Below, piece after piece: positions 40,251-51,629 of a DNA stretch of 60,000 nt. The first letter of the stretch is position 1. Each line of letters begins with the position of its first letter. Origin of the DNA: Malacoraja senta (taxonomy: Eukaryota); contig CM075990.1 in NCBI GenBank assembly GCA_038087875.1, positions 10,232,001 to 10,292,000 of the forward strand. The letters run 5' to 3'. The notes below the pieces were generated by a model. That model did not search any database. It worked only from the letters and a program-made list of their open reading frames with translations, and had not been told where the DNA came from. Position numbers and translations under genes: made by a program.

Positions 40251-40663
40251 CAGTGAACCCTTGATTTTACGGACCACTTCGTAACGGATTTTGGTTATAG
40301 CGGACAGGCCTGTCAAACTTCACCACCAGGCCAGAATGCCGAGCCCCCAGTCGCTTACGCCTGCTGCACCACCTGTATAGGAACCGTGGAGCTTTGCAGC
40401 TGAGGACACGTAGGGCTTTGCTTTAATGTTTCAGCTGAAAAAAGGCACCTCGATCAGTCAGTTCTTGCGCAGCCTAAATTTTATTGTTGTCTCTCCACAT
40501 GAAATGCCATATATTACAATATGATACGATATGATAGAACTTTATTTATCCCAGGAGGGAAATTGATCTGCCAACAGTCATAATATACACTCTGTTATAG
40601 CAGCCAATCGACAAAAACGTTACACCATTCCCCCACTAGGTTCATTATAATGAGGGTTTACTG
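40251..40663. mobile_element. Tigger/pogo-like MITE
   Basis: TA then cagtgaacccttgattttacggacc; ends ggttcattataatgagggtttactg (degenerate TIR); right TA mutated. Confidence 0.6.
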
Positions 40664-40772
40664 AACCGATCTATCATGACTGGCTCCACACCACACCCGA
40701 TGGTGCATTCCAGGCACCTATGTAAAAAATCCTTGCACTGCACATCTCCTTTAACCTTTGCCGCTCTTAACA

Positions 40773-41443
<671 letters not shown>

Positions 41444-43040
41444 AAAACTATTCCTTCTAGGCTTTGACATTTGCCACCCTGGGAAAAAGGTTCTGGATGT
41501 CTATCCTATCTATGCCTTTCATAATCTTATATCCTCCTATCAGGTCTCCCCTTAACCTCTGGCATTCGAGAGAAAACAATGCAGTTTAACCAAAAGATAA
41601 GGCACAAAATGCTGGAGTAAAGGGCCTGTCCCACGAGCATGCGACAAGCGCGACCTAACGTGGTCGCTTGAGCTGTACGGCCTCGCGGGGCCGGTCCCAC
41701 TTCGATCGCTGGAGCCGTATGGAGTTGTGCGGAGCTGGTCCCAACATCGCGCGGGGCTCCGAAAAACTGACACTGTTCAAAATTTCCACGCAGCAACAGC
41801 CTGCCGGCCCGCAGCCGCCTCGACACTGTACGCACCGCCTCGACGGGTGTGCGCAGCATCTCGACGCCGTACGTCCTGCGCGAACTTCCCGCGGACTCCG
41901 CTCGAACTTCACGTCACTCACCAGGGCTCTCGCTTAACTGTTTTTCCCCGTTGCCAGCCGGGCAACCTTGGCAGCTTTTTAGGTTGCCAAATGACAGTTT
42001 AGGTGGTCATTTAAGATGGCTTGCATGACGCGTGCGATAATGTGCTCGGACGAAGTGCGTAGTTGCCAGTCGGAATTATACTCAATGAATCATTCACATA
42101 TTATTTCTGCTTCAAATAAAGTCACAAACTAAACATATTCACCAACCAAGACATGATATATCCCACAATGACATGCAGCAAAATTATAAGACAGTATCTC
42201 AACTTTTTACACATAGCAATTAATGCAATTTCTATTAGTTCTTTCCACTTCCAAACAAAAATGTCGTTGGATTATTCAGCGTATGATCAACCTGTGTCAA
42301 TAAATCCTGGACCATGGTAAAATATATGCGTACGTATAGTTGTGAATGTTGCTCATTAAATAACTAAAGTACTGATACTCCATATTAAGAGCATTGATTT
42401 GCCGTTAAAATGAATTCTGTAATAACGTGTCAATTGTAGCAGTGACAATCGAACACTGCAGTTTTAATGTTTCACGTGTTCACAATTTAATTAATCCATC
42501 TTTATGGATTAAAACAAATAATAACATTGGGAATTAAAACACATTTGATTGTATTCCATTATCAAACATAGTCAATGTTCGCTCTGAAGACATTTCCAGC
42601 ACGATAGGGTCAGGGAGGGGGGTGTGTGTGAATCAGTGCGGGGTGGATAGATGGCGGGGGTGGGGGTTAGAAAGCAGTCGGTGCAGAATGGATGGATTGA
42701 GGCAGGTGAATTAGTACGTGTTGGTTGGAGTAGGTAAAATTGTGAGGGGAGAGCATGGGGGATGTCAGTGGTGTTGAATGGGGGGTTCAGTACGGGATGG
42801 ATGGGGGTGGACAAAAGTGCTGGAGAAACTCAGCGGGTGAGGCAGCATCTATGGAGCGAAGGAAATCGGCAAGGTTTCGGGTCGAGACCCTTCTTCAGAC
42901 TGTTCGCCCCATTCTTCTTGAATGGGAGGATCAGTACAGGATGGATGGGGGGGGGGGAGATCACTACAGGACGAATGAGGGGAGGGGGGGGGGAAGGTGC
43001 AGGGTAAATGGAGGATGGGTCAGTACGGGATGAATGCATG

Positions 43041-43128
43041 GATTAGTACAGGATGGATGGGGGATTAGTACAGGATGGATGGGGGATTAGTACAGGATGG
43101 ATGGGGGATCAGTACAGGATGGATGGAG
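43041..43128 (+). repeat. 22-bp G-rich minisatellite (4 copies) within a purine-rich tract (about 42600-43460)
   Basis: Unit gat(t/c)agtacaggatggatgggg. Confidence 0.9.
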
Positions 43129-43408
43129 GAGAAGTGCAGGGTGGATGGGAAAGGGGTAGGGACAGGGGTAAGTACAGGGTGAATTGGGGTACCAGTGTAG
43201 GGTGGATGGGGGGGGGGGGGGTGGGTCGCAGGAGAATCATTGCGAGGTGGATAGGGTGATCAGTGCAGGATGAATAGATTGGGGGGGGTAGACGGGGAGG
43301 GGAGCACAGGGGATGTCAGTGAGGACTGAATAGACGCGGGAATGGGGATCAGTGCGGGATGGAGTGGAAGGGTCCCAGGATAAGGGGGGGGGGTGGAGGG
43401 GGCGTACA

Positions 43409-43441
<33 letters not shown>

Positions 43442-43574
43442 AGAGGTGGGGAGGAAGGAAGGTCAGCCCTCGGACAACATCGCCCCGTTGCCTTGGCTGT
43501 TGGGAACTCCTCGCCGCCACCGCCTCCCCTCCTCCGCCAGCCAACAGCAAGGTGCGGGGCCGGGCGGTGCAGCT

Positions 43575-43602
43575 CAAAGATCCTATAACTATAAGATCTT
43601 TG
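43575..43602. mobile_element. 28-bp TIR-only remnant (putative P-type excision footprint), 8-bp TSD
   Basis: caaagatcctataactataagatctttg between gtgcagct duplicates at 43567-43574 and 43603-43610. Confidence 0.75.
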
Positions 43603-43616
43603 GTGCAGCTGCTTCA

Positions 43617-44010
43617 GAAGGGTCGGAGTGAATGACGGGCTTCGCACAGCAGCAGAAGCAGCAGCAGCAGCGGCTCGATCTCCTCCTCCTCCCAATCCCC
43701 GCCCGCCCTGATAAGTGCCGCTGCTTGTAAATCCGCTAACGGCGATAACCGCTTTCAAAACAAACCCTCCCACACGCTGAGGCCTCCCCCTCCCTCCCTC
43801 CTCCCGGCCTCAGTGTGCGGGAGGGTTTGTTTCGAAAGCGGTTATCGCCGTTAGCGGATTTGCAAGCAGAGGCCCTTATCAGCAAAGATACTAGAGGAGC
43901 TCCTCTAGTATCTTTGCTTATCAGGGCGGGCGGGGGGCGGGGGGTGGGAGGAGGAGGAGATGGAGTCGCTGCTGCCGCTGTTCGGGGCCCGTCATTCGCT
44001 CCGACCCTTC
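43617..44010. repeat. Large GC-rich imperfect palindrome (arms of about 170 bp)
   Basis: gaagggtcggagtgaatgacgggc ... gcccgtcattcgctccgacccttc; 21-nt pyrimidine loop at 43785-43805. Confidence 0.85.
43883..43916. mobile_element. 34-bp perfect palindrome (17+17) with 8-bp TSD; putative P-element excision footprint
   Basis: caaagatactagaggag|ctcctctagtatctttg between cttatcag at 43875-43882 and 43917-43924. Confidence 0.8.
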
Positions 44011-45260
44011 CTCACCCCACACCTAGTATCTTTGCCCCGCAACACAGCCGACACAAAACGTCACGTTCCTTTTCTCCAGAGATGCTGCCTGACCCGCGGA
44101 GTTACTCCGTTTTTTTGTGTCTATCTTCGGTACAAACCAGTATCTGGTTGCCAAGCCGGGCAAAATGACTCGGTGTTTAGGTTGCCCGGCGGCGCCTTGA
44201 GTGGTCAGTGGCACCCGGGCAACCGCTAATTTCGAGCCCTGCTCACTCGACCTCCGCGCGGCCCCCGCTTCCGGTTTGGTCGCGCTTGCCGCATGCAGTC
44301 GCATGCTCGTGGGACAGGCCCTTAACTCAGCAGGACATGCAGCATCTCTGGACAGAAGGAATGGGCGACGATTTGGGTCGAAACCCTCCTTTAGACTGAG
44401 AGATAGTGGAGTGGAAAACTAGAGATATGCAAGGGTACAAAGACCACGTAAAAGGTGTGAAAAGGGCAGATCAAAGCAGACGATGATCAAGATGTTCAAT
44501 GGTTCATTGTCGGTTGAGGGGAAGGTGATAACAAGGGATACAAACAGTAAAATTAAACAAGCAGTGTGTCCAAACTATCATTGTAGCTAATAACTCCTAA
44601 ATCAGGCAACATTCAAGATATTTAAATAGTTTCAATAATAATTGGGTCCTTTATTAAAATCATTTTCTATGAATACTGCAGCTGAGAGGAAACTGATTGT
44701 CCAACTGGAAGTCATGTTGTGAAACCTCCAGAAAGCAAATGTGCAGACTTGCTTACCAGATCGATAGGCCAATGGGGAAGTTGAGCACCAGGTGTAGTGA
44801 ATAATAAAGGCACCAGAGCTCCACTCTGCCCGAGACTGAACAGAATTTGCTTTCAATAGGAATTAATAGGAATAGTTTGGCATTAGAATAAAGACAACTC
44901 AGCACATTCAATCCCACAAAAAAATCTGGACATCAGATGTGAAATGCTTCACGATTTAAGAGCAATGGTATTTAAAACAGATTGAATTTTAATTGGAAAA
45001 AGGCTCTGAGGGACATAAAAATCTTGAAGAAAATTAACTTGCAAGTAAAGCTGGGGATTAAAGTTAAATTGGTATAACAGTATTACCACAAGAAGTTTTA
45101 ATTTTAACACACTGAGTTTACAAATGGATACACTCGATATGGATATTAAAACCTCCGTTGACAACACCAAGGTGGTTGGTTATTAAGATCGTCAAACTCA
45201 ATGGTAAACAATATCTCGATTTGGATGAAGTCTTTTCAGATTGGTTTGATCTATGCTTTA

Positions 45261-45549
45261 AGGGCATGTCCCACTTACGCCACTTTTTCGGCGACTGCCG
45301 GCAACCGTCATAGGTCGTTACAGGTCGCTGAAAATTTTCAACGTGTTGAAAATCTAGCGGCGACCAGAACAAGGTACAACTCTTTGGGCGACTACTCACG
45401 ACCATACAGGCTTCACCCCGCGACATGTCGCCATTGTGTCGCCTGTATGGTCGTGAGCAGTCTCCTAGTCACCCTTGAGTCGTAGCGTCTTTCTGGTCAC
45501 CGCTGAATTTTCAACATGTCGAAAAAGTTGCGTAAGTGGGACAGGCCCT
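45261..45549. mobile_element. PIF/Harbinger-like MITE (TTA TSD)
   Basis: TIR agggc(a/c)tgtcccacttacgc(c/a)actttttcg; TTA at 45258-45260 and 45550-45552; internal inverted repeats. Confidence 0.88.
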
Positions 45550-46146
45550 TTAGGCTGATTTAAAATGTTAGCCTTTCAGTTTTCCACAGTTAAGGATATG
45601 GACGGCGGAAAGATTTCAGAGAATCAAAAAGGAAAAGTATTTTCAGCAAAACATCGAAACTTTGCCTTGCTCTTGGAATTATGTTAGATGATTCCCTTAA
45701 ATCTCTGGTCAAAGGAGGATCGGATTGTTGACAGTGGCCCGCAGGCCTTGGCAATCGTGCTGGAGGTTGAGGAAATGTGATCAGGCTCTCTCTGGGTGAA
45801 ATTAGTCAATGCCCACACTGTGAGGCGAGAACATTACTTTTCACTTACCCGCCAATGTCCAAGTATTTTCTACCGTCTGCTGTAAGCAGCACAGACATCT
45901 CTATTATCTGGGGCGAGTGGAACAGAACACTATCAGCAGACATTCTCGCTCTGATCTTGTGAGAGAGCGTTCTTTCCTCTCAAGCAGCTGAAGATGGTTG
46001 GGATCAGGGCGCTGATTTGTGCAGGAATGACCTGGGACCGAACTAAGCTACTTACAAACCGACTTATTTGTGTCAGTTATAAACCCTACCAGTGGTGAGT
46101 TTTCCCATTGAATTGAATTAGTCTCCCTTGGTGACACACGCTGTCA

Positions 46147-46500
46147 AATCCTGCCCGAATATTGAATTTCCAGTCGTGGGAGTGTCTAGGACCAGAGGGC
46201 ACAGTCTCAGAATAATAGGACATACCTTTAGAATGGAGGTGAAGAGGAATTTCTTCAGGCTGAGAGTGGTGAATCTGTGGAATTCATTGCCACGGACAGG
46301 TATGGGGACCAAGTGATATGGTATTTTTAAAGTGAAGATTGATAGGTTCTTGATTAGTAAGGTGTTATAGGGAAAAGCCAGGTGAATGGGGTTGAGAGGG
46401 AAATGGGGTTGAGAGGGAAAAATGGATTGGCCATGATCAAATGGCAGAGCAGACTCGATGGGCCAAAGGGCCCGTTTCCATGCTGTATCTCTAAAGTCCA
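46147..46500 (+). mobile_element. CR1 3' fragment
   Basis: FPVVGVSRTRGHSLRIIG...RVVNLWNSLP. Confidence 0.8.
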
Positions 46501-47440
46501 AAAACTTATTTTCAAAAGGAGAAGTTGTGGCAATTAGTACATTAGGGAAAGTTAAGCATATTAGGAAGAAAGGAATAGATCAAGCTAATAAGAATAGACT
46601 GAGCTGTGAGAATGGAGCATGAACCAGTACAAGGATCTAGTTCGTAAAGGATCTACTAGTAACGTGGGGCAGTTACATGGTTTTGCTTCATGTGTAATTC
46701 TCTTTCAAACATCCCCAGCTTTCCAACTCCATAATACACTATTATCATGTATGAGATATTTTTGACTATGTCCAGAAACTGGCCCTTACAGGGAATTATT
46801 GCCACCTTTGCACCCCGAAACACTGAACATTATGCCTTTATGACCTTCTTGCCCCAGATCAGAGCAATACAGAGTGCAGATGGCCAGATAAACTCTCAAC
46901 TAGAGTTCTTGCTGTCGATGCAGATAAGATCACCTTTCACTACAAATACTTGAGAACACAGCAGCACTTGGAAGATCCTTGTGTACACAACCCGATTCTG
47001 CCTCACGGGGCCCAAACAATATTCACCCTGGAGCCAGTGTTTAGACAAGTTGATTAAAACAGTAATAAAAGGAACGCATGCAAGAGAAACTAGTGAATAA
47101 GTTCACACAATTAAGGGCATAAAGTGGCAATTACACATAACCAATGTAAACAGTAAACAGTGGAGGAAACTCCAACCATAGAATTTAATGACATGAATCA
47201 TTATTGGAACAGTGCGTGGAAATAAAGTGATCAGAGTAGCATACAATGTATTATGACCCGAGATCGTTTATTCTGAACAATTATATAAGTTTTAAACTCC
47301 CTTGCAAATAGAGTACAAATTATTTTAATTCAGGCATTTAACATTTCTGAAAACAAACTAATTTTAAAAATAACCATTTCTCCTAAGTGACTGACACAAT
47401 TTGTATATGGCGAGAGATTTAAAAATACTCAAATTGGTAA

Positions 47441-49210
47441 TTAGTCTGGCGCGTCGACCTCTACAAAGCTGAGGCCACGCGCCAACTCACGGACACCTCT
47501 TCCTACTTACCCCTGGACCATGACCCCACTGACGAGCACCAGGCCACCATCTCCAGCACCATCACCAACTTCATCCACTCCCACGCCCTGCCCGAACGAG
47601 CCTCCAACCTCATCGTTCCCCAGCCCCGCACAGCCCGCTTTTACCTTCTCCCCAAAATCCACAAACCTGACTGTCCCGGTAGACCCATTGTCTCTGCCTG
47701 TTCTTGCCCCACCGAACTCATCTCCACCTACCTCGACTCCATACTATCCCCCTTGGTTAAATCCCTCCCCACCTATGTTCAAGACACCTCAGACACTCTC
47801 CGTCATCTCCGCGCATTCCACTCTCTAGGCCCTCACCCCCTCATCTTCACCATGGACGTCCAGTCACTGTACACCTCCATCCCCCACCAGGATGGTCTCA
47901 AAGCCCTCCGTTTTTTCCTCGACCGTAGAAGCAATCTATACCCGGCCACTGACACCCTCCTCCGCCTAGCGGAGCTGGTACTTACACTTAATAACTTTTC
48001 ATTTGACTCCTCCCATTTCCTCCAAATACAAGGCGTAGCTATGGGCACACGCATGGGCCCCAGCTACGCCTGCCTCTTTGTCGGGTACGTAGAACAATCC
48101 CTGTTCAATGCGTACCAGGGCCCCATCCCTGACCTCTACCTCCGCTACATCGATGATTGTTTTGGTGCCACATCCTGCACCCACACACAACTGACTGACT
48201 TCATCCGCTTCACCACCAACTTCCATCCGGCACTCAAATACACCTGGACCATTTCCGACACTTCCCTACCATTCCTTGACCTCACTATCTCCATCGCAGG
48301 TGATAGACTCCTTACCGACATCCACTACAAACCTACCGACTCCCATGGCTATCTGGACTACACTTCTTCCCACCCTGCTTCCTGTAAGGACTCCATCCCC
48401 CACTCCCAATTCCTCCGTCTACGCCGCATCTGCTCCCAGGATGAGGCGTTCCACACCAGGGCATCTGAAATGTCCTCATTCTTCAGGGAACGGGGGTTCC
48501 CCTCCTCCACCATAGATGAGGCTCGCACCAGGGTCTCTGCCATACCCCGCAACACTGCTCTCTCTCCCCATCCCCCCACTCACAACAAAGGCAGAGTCCC
48601 CCTAGTCCTCACCTTTCACCCCACCAGCCGTCACATACAACAAGTGATCCTCCGTCAGTTTCGCCACCTCCAACGTGACCCCACCACTCGCCACATCTTC
48701 CCATCTCCCCCTATGTCTGCCTTCCGCAAAGACCGCTCCCTCCGTAACTCCCTTGTCAATTCTTCCCTTCCCTCCCATACCACCCCCTCCCCTGGTACTT
48801 TCCTTTGCAACCGCAAGAGATGCAACACTTGTCCCTTCACTTCCCCCCTCCACTCCATCCCAGGACCCAAGCAGTCGTTCCAGGTGCGACAGAGGTTCAC
48901 CTGCATCTCCTCCAACCTCATCTATTGCATTCGCTGCTCTAGATGCCAGCTGATCTACATCGGTGAGACCAAGCGGAGGCTTGGCGATCGTTTCGCCGAA
49001 CACCTCCGGTCGGTCCGCAATAACCAACCTGAACTCCCGGTGGCTCAGCACTTCAACTCCCCCTCCCATTCCGTATCTGACCTCTCTGTCCTGGGTCTCC
49101 TCCATGGCCACAGCGAGCAACACCGTAAATTGGAGGAAATGCACCTCATATTCCGCTTGGGCAGTCTACATCCTGGTGGCCTGAACGTTGAATTCTCCCA
49201 ATTCTGCTAG
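47441..49210 (+). CDS. Penelope RT/GIY-YIG endonuclease polyprotein (5'-truncated, 589 codons open, no native start)
   Basis: FYLLPKIHKPDCPGRPIVS, MDVQSLYTSI, QIQGVAMGTRMGPSYA, YLRYIDD, CNRKRCNTC linker, NLIYCIRCSRC-IYIGET; frame is open upstream of the listed 47753 start. Confidence 0.9.
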   Translation, partial: LVWRVDLYKAEATRQLTDTSSYLPLDHDPTDEHQATISSTITNFIHSHALPERASNLIVPQPRTARFYLLPKIHKPDCPGRPIVSACSCPTELISTYLDSILSPLVKSLPTYVQDTSDTLRHLRAFHSLGPHPLIFTMDVQSLYTSIPHQDGLKALRFFLDRRSNLYPATDTLLRLAELVLTLNNFSFDSSHFLQIQGVAMGTRMGPSYACLFVGYVEQSLFNAYQGPIPDLYLRYIDDCFGATSCTHTQLTDFIRFTTNFHPALKYTWTISDTSLPFLDLTISIAGDRLLTDIHYKPTDSHGYLDYTSSHPASCKDSIPHSQFLRLRRICSQDEAFHTRASEMSSFFRERGFPSSTIDEARTRVSAIPRNTALSPHPPTHNKGRVPLVLTFHPTSRHIQQVILRQFRHLQRDPTTRHIFPSPPMSAFRKDRSLRNSLVNSSLPSHTTPSPGTFLCNRKRCNTCPFTSPLHSIPGPKQSFQVRQRFTCISSNLIYCIRCSRCQLIYIGETKRRLGDRFAEHLRSVRNNQPELPVAQHFNSPSHSVSDLSVLGLLHGHSEQHRKLEEMHLIFRLGSLHPGGLNVEFSQFC

Positions 49211-49419
49211 CCCTGGCTGTCCCCTCCCCTTCATCAGCCATCTGGTTGTCTCCTCCCCTCCCCCAGCCCTCGGGCTCCTCCTCCGCCTTTTCCTTTTTTC
49301 CTTTCTTCTCCCCACCCCCTATCAGTCTGAAGAAGGGTTTCGGCCCGAAACGTTACCTATTTCCTTCGCTCCATAGATGCTGCTGCACCCGCTGAGTTTC
49401 TCCAGCATTTTTGTGTACC
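47445..49419 (+). mobile_element. 5'-truncated Penelope-like element, Neptune clade, 11-bp TSD
   Basis: TSD ttggtaattag at 47434-47444 and 49420-49430; C-rich strand bias; uninterrupted RT + GIY-YIG frame. Confidence 0.95.
49323..49359 (+). ncRNA. Minimal type-I hammerhead ribozyme motif in the Penelope 3' tail
   Basis: CUGAAGA-A-GGGU(UUCG)GCCC-GAAA-CGUU-ACC with palindromic minimal helix III. Confidence 0.75.
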
Positions 49420-49937
49420 TTGGTAATTAGCTTGATCAGTTTTAAGGCGAGGAAGCAAATGTGGGACTAATGTAGACATTCGTTTAAGTCTATTTCATCA
49501 CAGATCAAAATCAGCATGCTATGAAAAGCTTAAAAAACACAATATTCCTTTTACACACAAAATTCCCACTGACACAAATCCACAGGTGGAGCCACCTCCT
49601 TTTAAGTGCCCAAACACTGGGGGAGGGGAGAGCAAACTCAGCCCCCACCAGTTTCTTCACATGGACACTTGAGAGGACTCACTGCACAGCTGGGTGTTTA
49701 CAGTAGGAATTGCGAGTCAGTGTTAGTGAAATATTTCAGTTCAATTAACTCAGGGTCAATTAACTCAGATACCTTGCTGACGATCTATGCGATTCGGCAA
49801 TTACAACTCAACAGCAATAGGCAGATATGGCAATATCTACCTATTGCCAATCACCTAACAGGCAATAGGTAGACCTCTCTCTATCTCACTTACACACACA
49901 CAAACACACACTATATTATTTTTTCTTCTTCAGAAAG

Positions 49938-50243
49938 AGCGACACGGTGGCGCAGCGGCAGAGTTGCTGCCTTACAGCGCTTATAGTGCCAGAGATCCGG
50001 GTTCGATCCCGACAATGGGTGCTGTCTGTACGGAGCTTGTACGTCCCCCCCGTGACCTGCATGAGTTTCCTCTGAGATCTTCGGTTTCCTCCCAAACTCC
50101 AAAGTTAATTGGCTTGGATAAGTGTAACTTGTCCCTAGTGTGTGTCGCGTAATGTTAATGTGTGGGGATCGATGGTCGGTGCCGACTCGGTGGGCCGACG
50201 GGCCTGTTTCTGCGCTGTATCTCTAAATGAAACAAAAACTAAA
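49938..50243 (+). mobile_element. HE1/V-SINE-like SINE, near full length
   Basis: A box tggcgcagcgg, B box ggttcgatcc, V-domain, CR1-like tail. Confidence 0.85.
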
Positions 50244-50603
50244 GAAATACCACAGCAGGGATAATTCATCACCATCTAGTTTTGTGGTTGCGGAGATCAT
50301 CGATGAGGCCAATGTGCAAGATTTTTCCACAGATGGGGCAGGAGTTGGTTGATGCAGTGGGTGGGTGGGTGGTTTGTGAACTGGTGCGTTCTCTCAGTCG
50401 CTTAAGCAGGGGCTCAAATCTTTGCGTATCCTTTCAGTGTATTGGAAGGAACATGTAAAGACACAAAAAAAATGTTCAGGGTCTTGAAATTCCTGGTGTA
50501 TGTAATTCAGTTCTTAGAAGAAGGGCAGGGATCACAAGAGAATGAATTTTATATGGTGTCAAAGGTCTTGATCTTCCCATGCATCTTCTCATCCACTATC
50601 AAT

Positions 50604-51008
50604 CTTATAGAAACATATAGATCTTATAGAAACATATACAATTATAAAAGGGCTGGACAAGCTAGATGCAGGAAAAATGTTCCCAATGTTGGGCGAGTCC
50701 AGAACCAGGGGCCAGTCTTAGAATAAAGGGGAAGACATTTAAGACTGAGGTGAGAAAAAAAGTTTTCACCCAGAGAGTTGTGAATTTATGGAATTCCCTG
50801 CCACAGAGGGCAGTGGAGGCCAAATCACTGGATGGATTTAAGACAGTTAGATAGAGCTCTAGGGGCTAGTGGAGTCAAGGGATATGGGGAGAAGGCAGGC
50901 ACGGGTTATTGATAGGGGACGATCAGCCATGATCACAATGAATGGCGGTGCTGGCTCAAAGGGCCGAATGGCCTCCTCCTGCACCTATTTTCTATGTTTC
51001 TATGTTTC
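50604..51008 (+). mobile_element. Young CR1 3' end
   Basis: Similar to 39208-39580; (ttctatgt)n tail; tcttatagaaacatata duplicated at the 5' junction. Confidence 0.88.
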
Positions 51009-51099
51009 AACCAAATACACAAATGCACACAAGAAAAACAATGACACACATCCTCACAGTGACACAACTGCCCAAAAGATGCAAAGATCTTTATACATA

Positions 51100-51292
51100 C
51101 CTGAAGATAGACACAAAAAGCTGGAGTAATTCAACAGGTCAGACAGCATCTCTGGAGAAAGGAATAGGTGACGTATCATCTTCCGAAATGTCACCTATTC
51201 CTTTTCTCCAGAGATGCTGTCTGACCCACTGAGTTACTCCAGCTTTTTGTGTCTATCTTTGGTTTGAACCAGCATTTGCAGTTCCTTCATAC
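51100..51292. mobile_element. Fold-back Penelope-tail element
   Basis: About 75-bp inverted arms around atcatcttccgaa; tctttata on both flanks. Confidence 0.85.
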
Positions 51293-51629
51293 ACTCTTTA
51301 TAGATTCCTGTACAGTTCAAAACACAGAAACAGTGAGTCTCTCGAGAGGCACACGCACAAACAGTCCCAAGCACACACTAACACATGCAAAGAAATGGAC
51401 ACAATCCTAACATTAATTCAACAGAATTACATATTGCGATTTAGTGTACAGAAAATAAATTTAAAGAACAAAAGGCAGGCGAGTTCTGGAATTTAGCAAA
51501 ACGTTGATCTGAACAGCTATTCAAATCTGACTTTCAAACTCTTTAGTTTTCACACTTCTAGTAACAATTGGAATGACAGATCACCACATTTGGCAGGGAG
51601 GAGACCATGAAACATAGGATGGTAATAAA

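Larger units (their letters stand above)
41922..44241 (-). mobile_element. hAT5-like DNA transposon, copy 2 (5-bp TSD ctcac)
   Basis: Ends cagggctctcgcttaac and gctaatttcgagccctg; ctcac at 41917-41921 and 44242-44246. Confidence 0.8.
41621..44322. mobile_element. PIF/Harbinger-like MITE (TAA TSD) interrupted by a hAT5-like element
   Basis: 25-bp perfect TIR agggcctgtcccacgagcatgcgac; TAA at 41618-41620 and 44323-44325; removal restores the Penelope tail gctggagtaactcagc. Confidence 0.88.

Noticed and set aside
43237..44422. Cluster of Gly/Pro/Arg-rich ORFs and a CpG-island-like promoter appearance
   Set aside because: Lies wholly inside nested transposons and low-complexity sequence; no recognisable protein
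45850..45908. Minus-strand mini-exon with strong gtaagt donor
   Set aside because: Only 59 nt, no recognisable peptide or partner exon
47520..49376. Overlapping and antisense ORFs around the Penelope ORF
   Set aside because: Shadow frames caused by C-rich codon bias
49938..50015. tRNA gene
   Set aside because: A and B boxes belong to a SINE head followed by V-domain and LINE tail; no full cloverleaf
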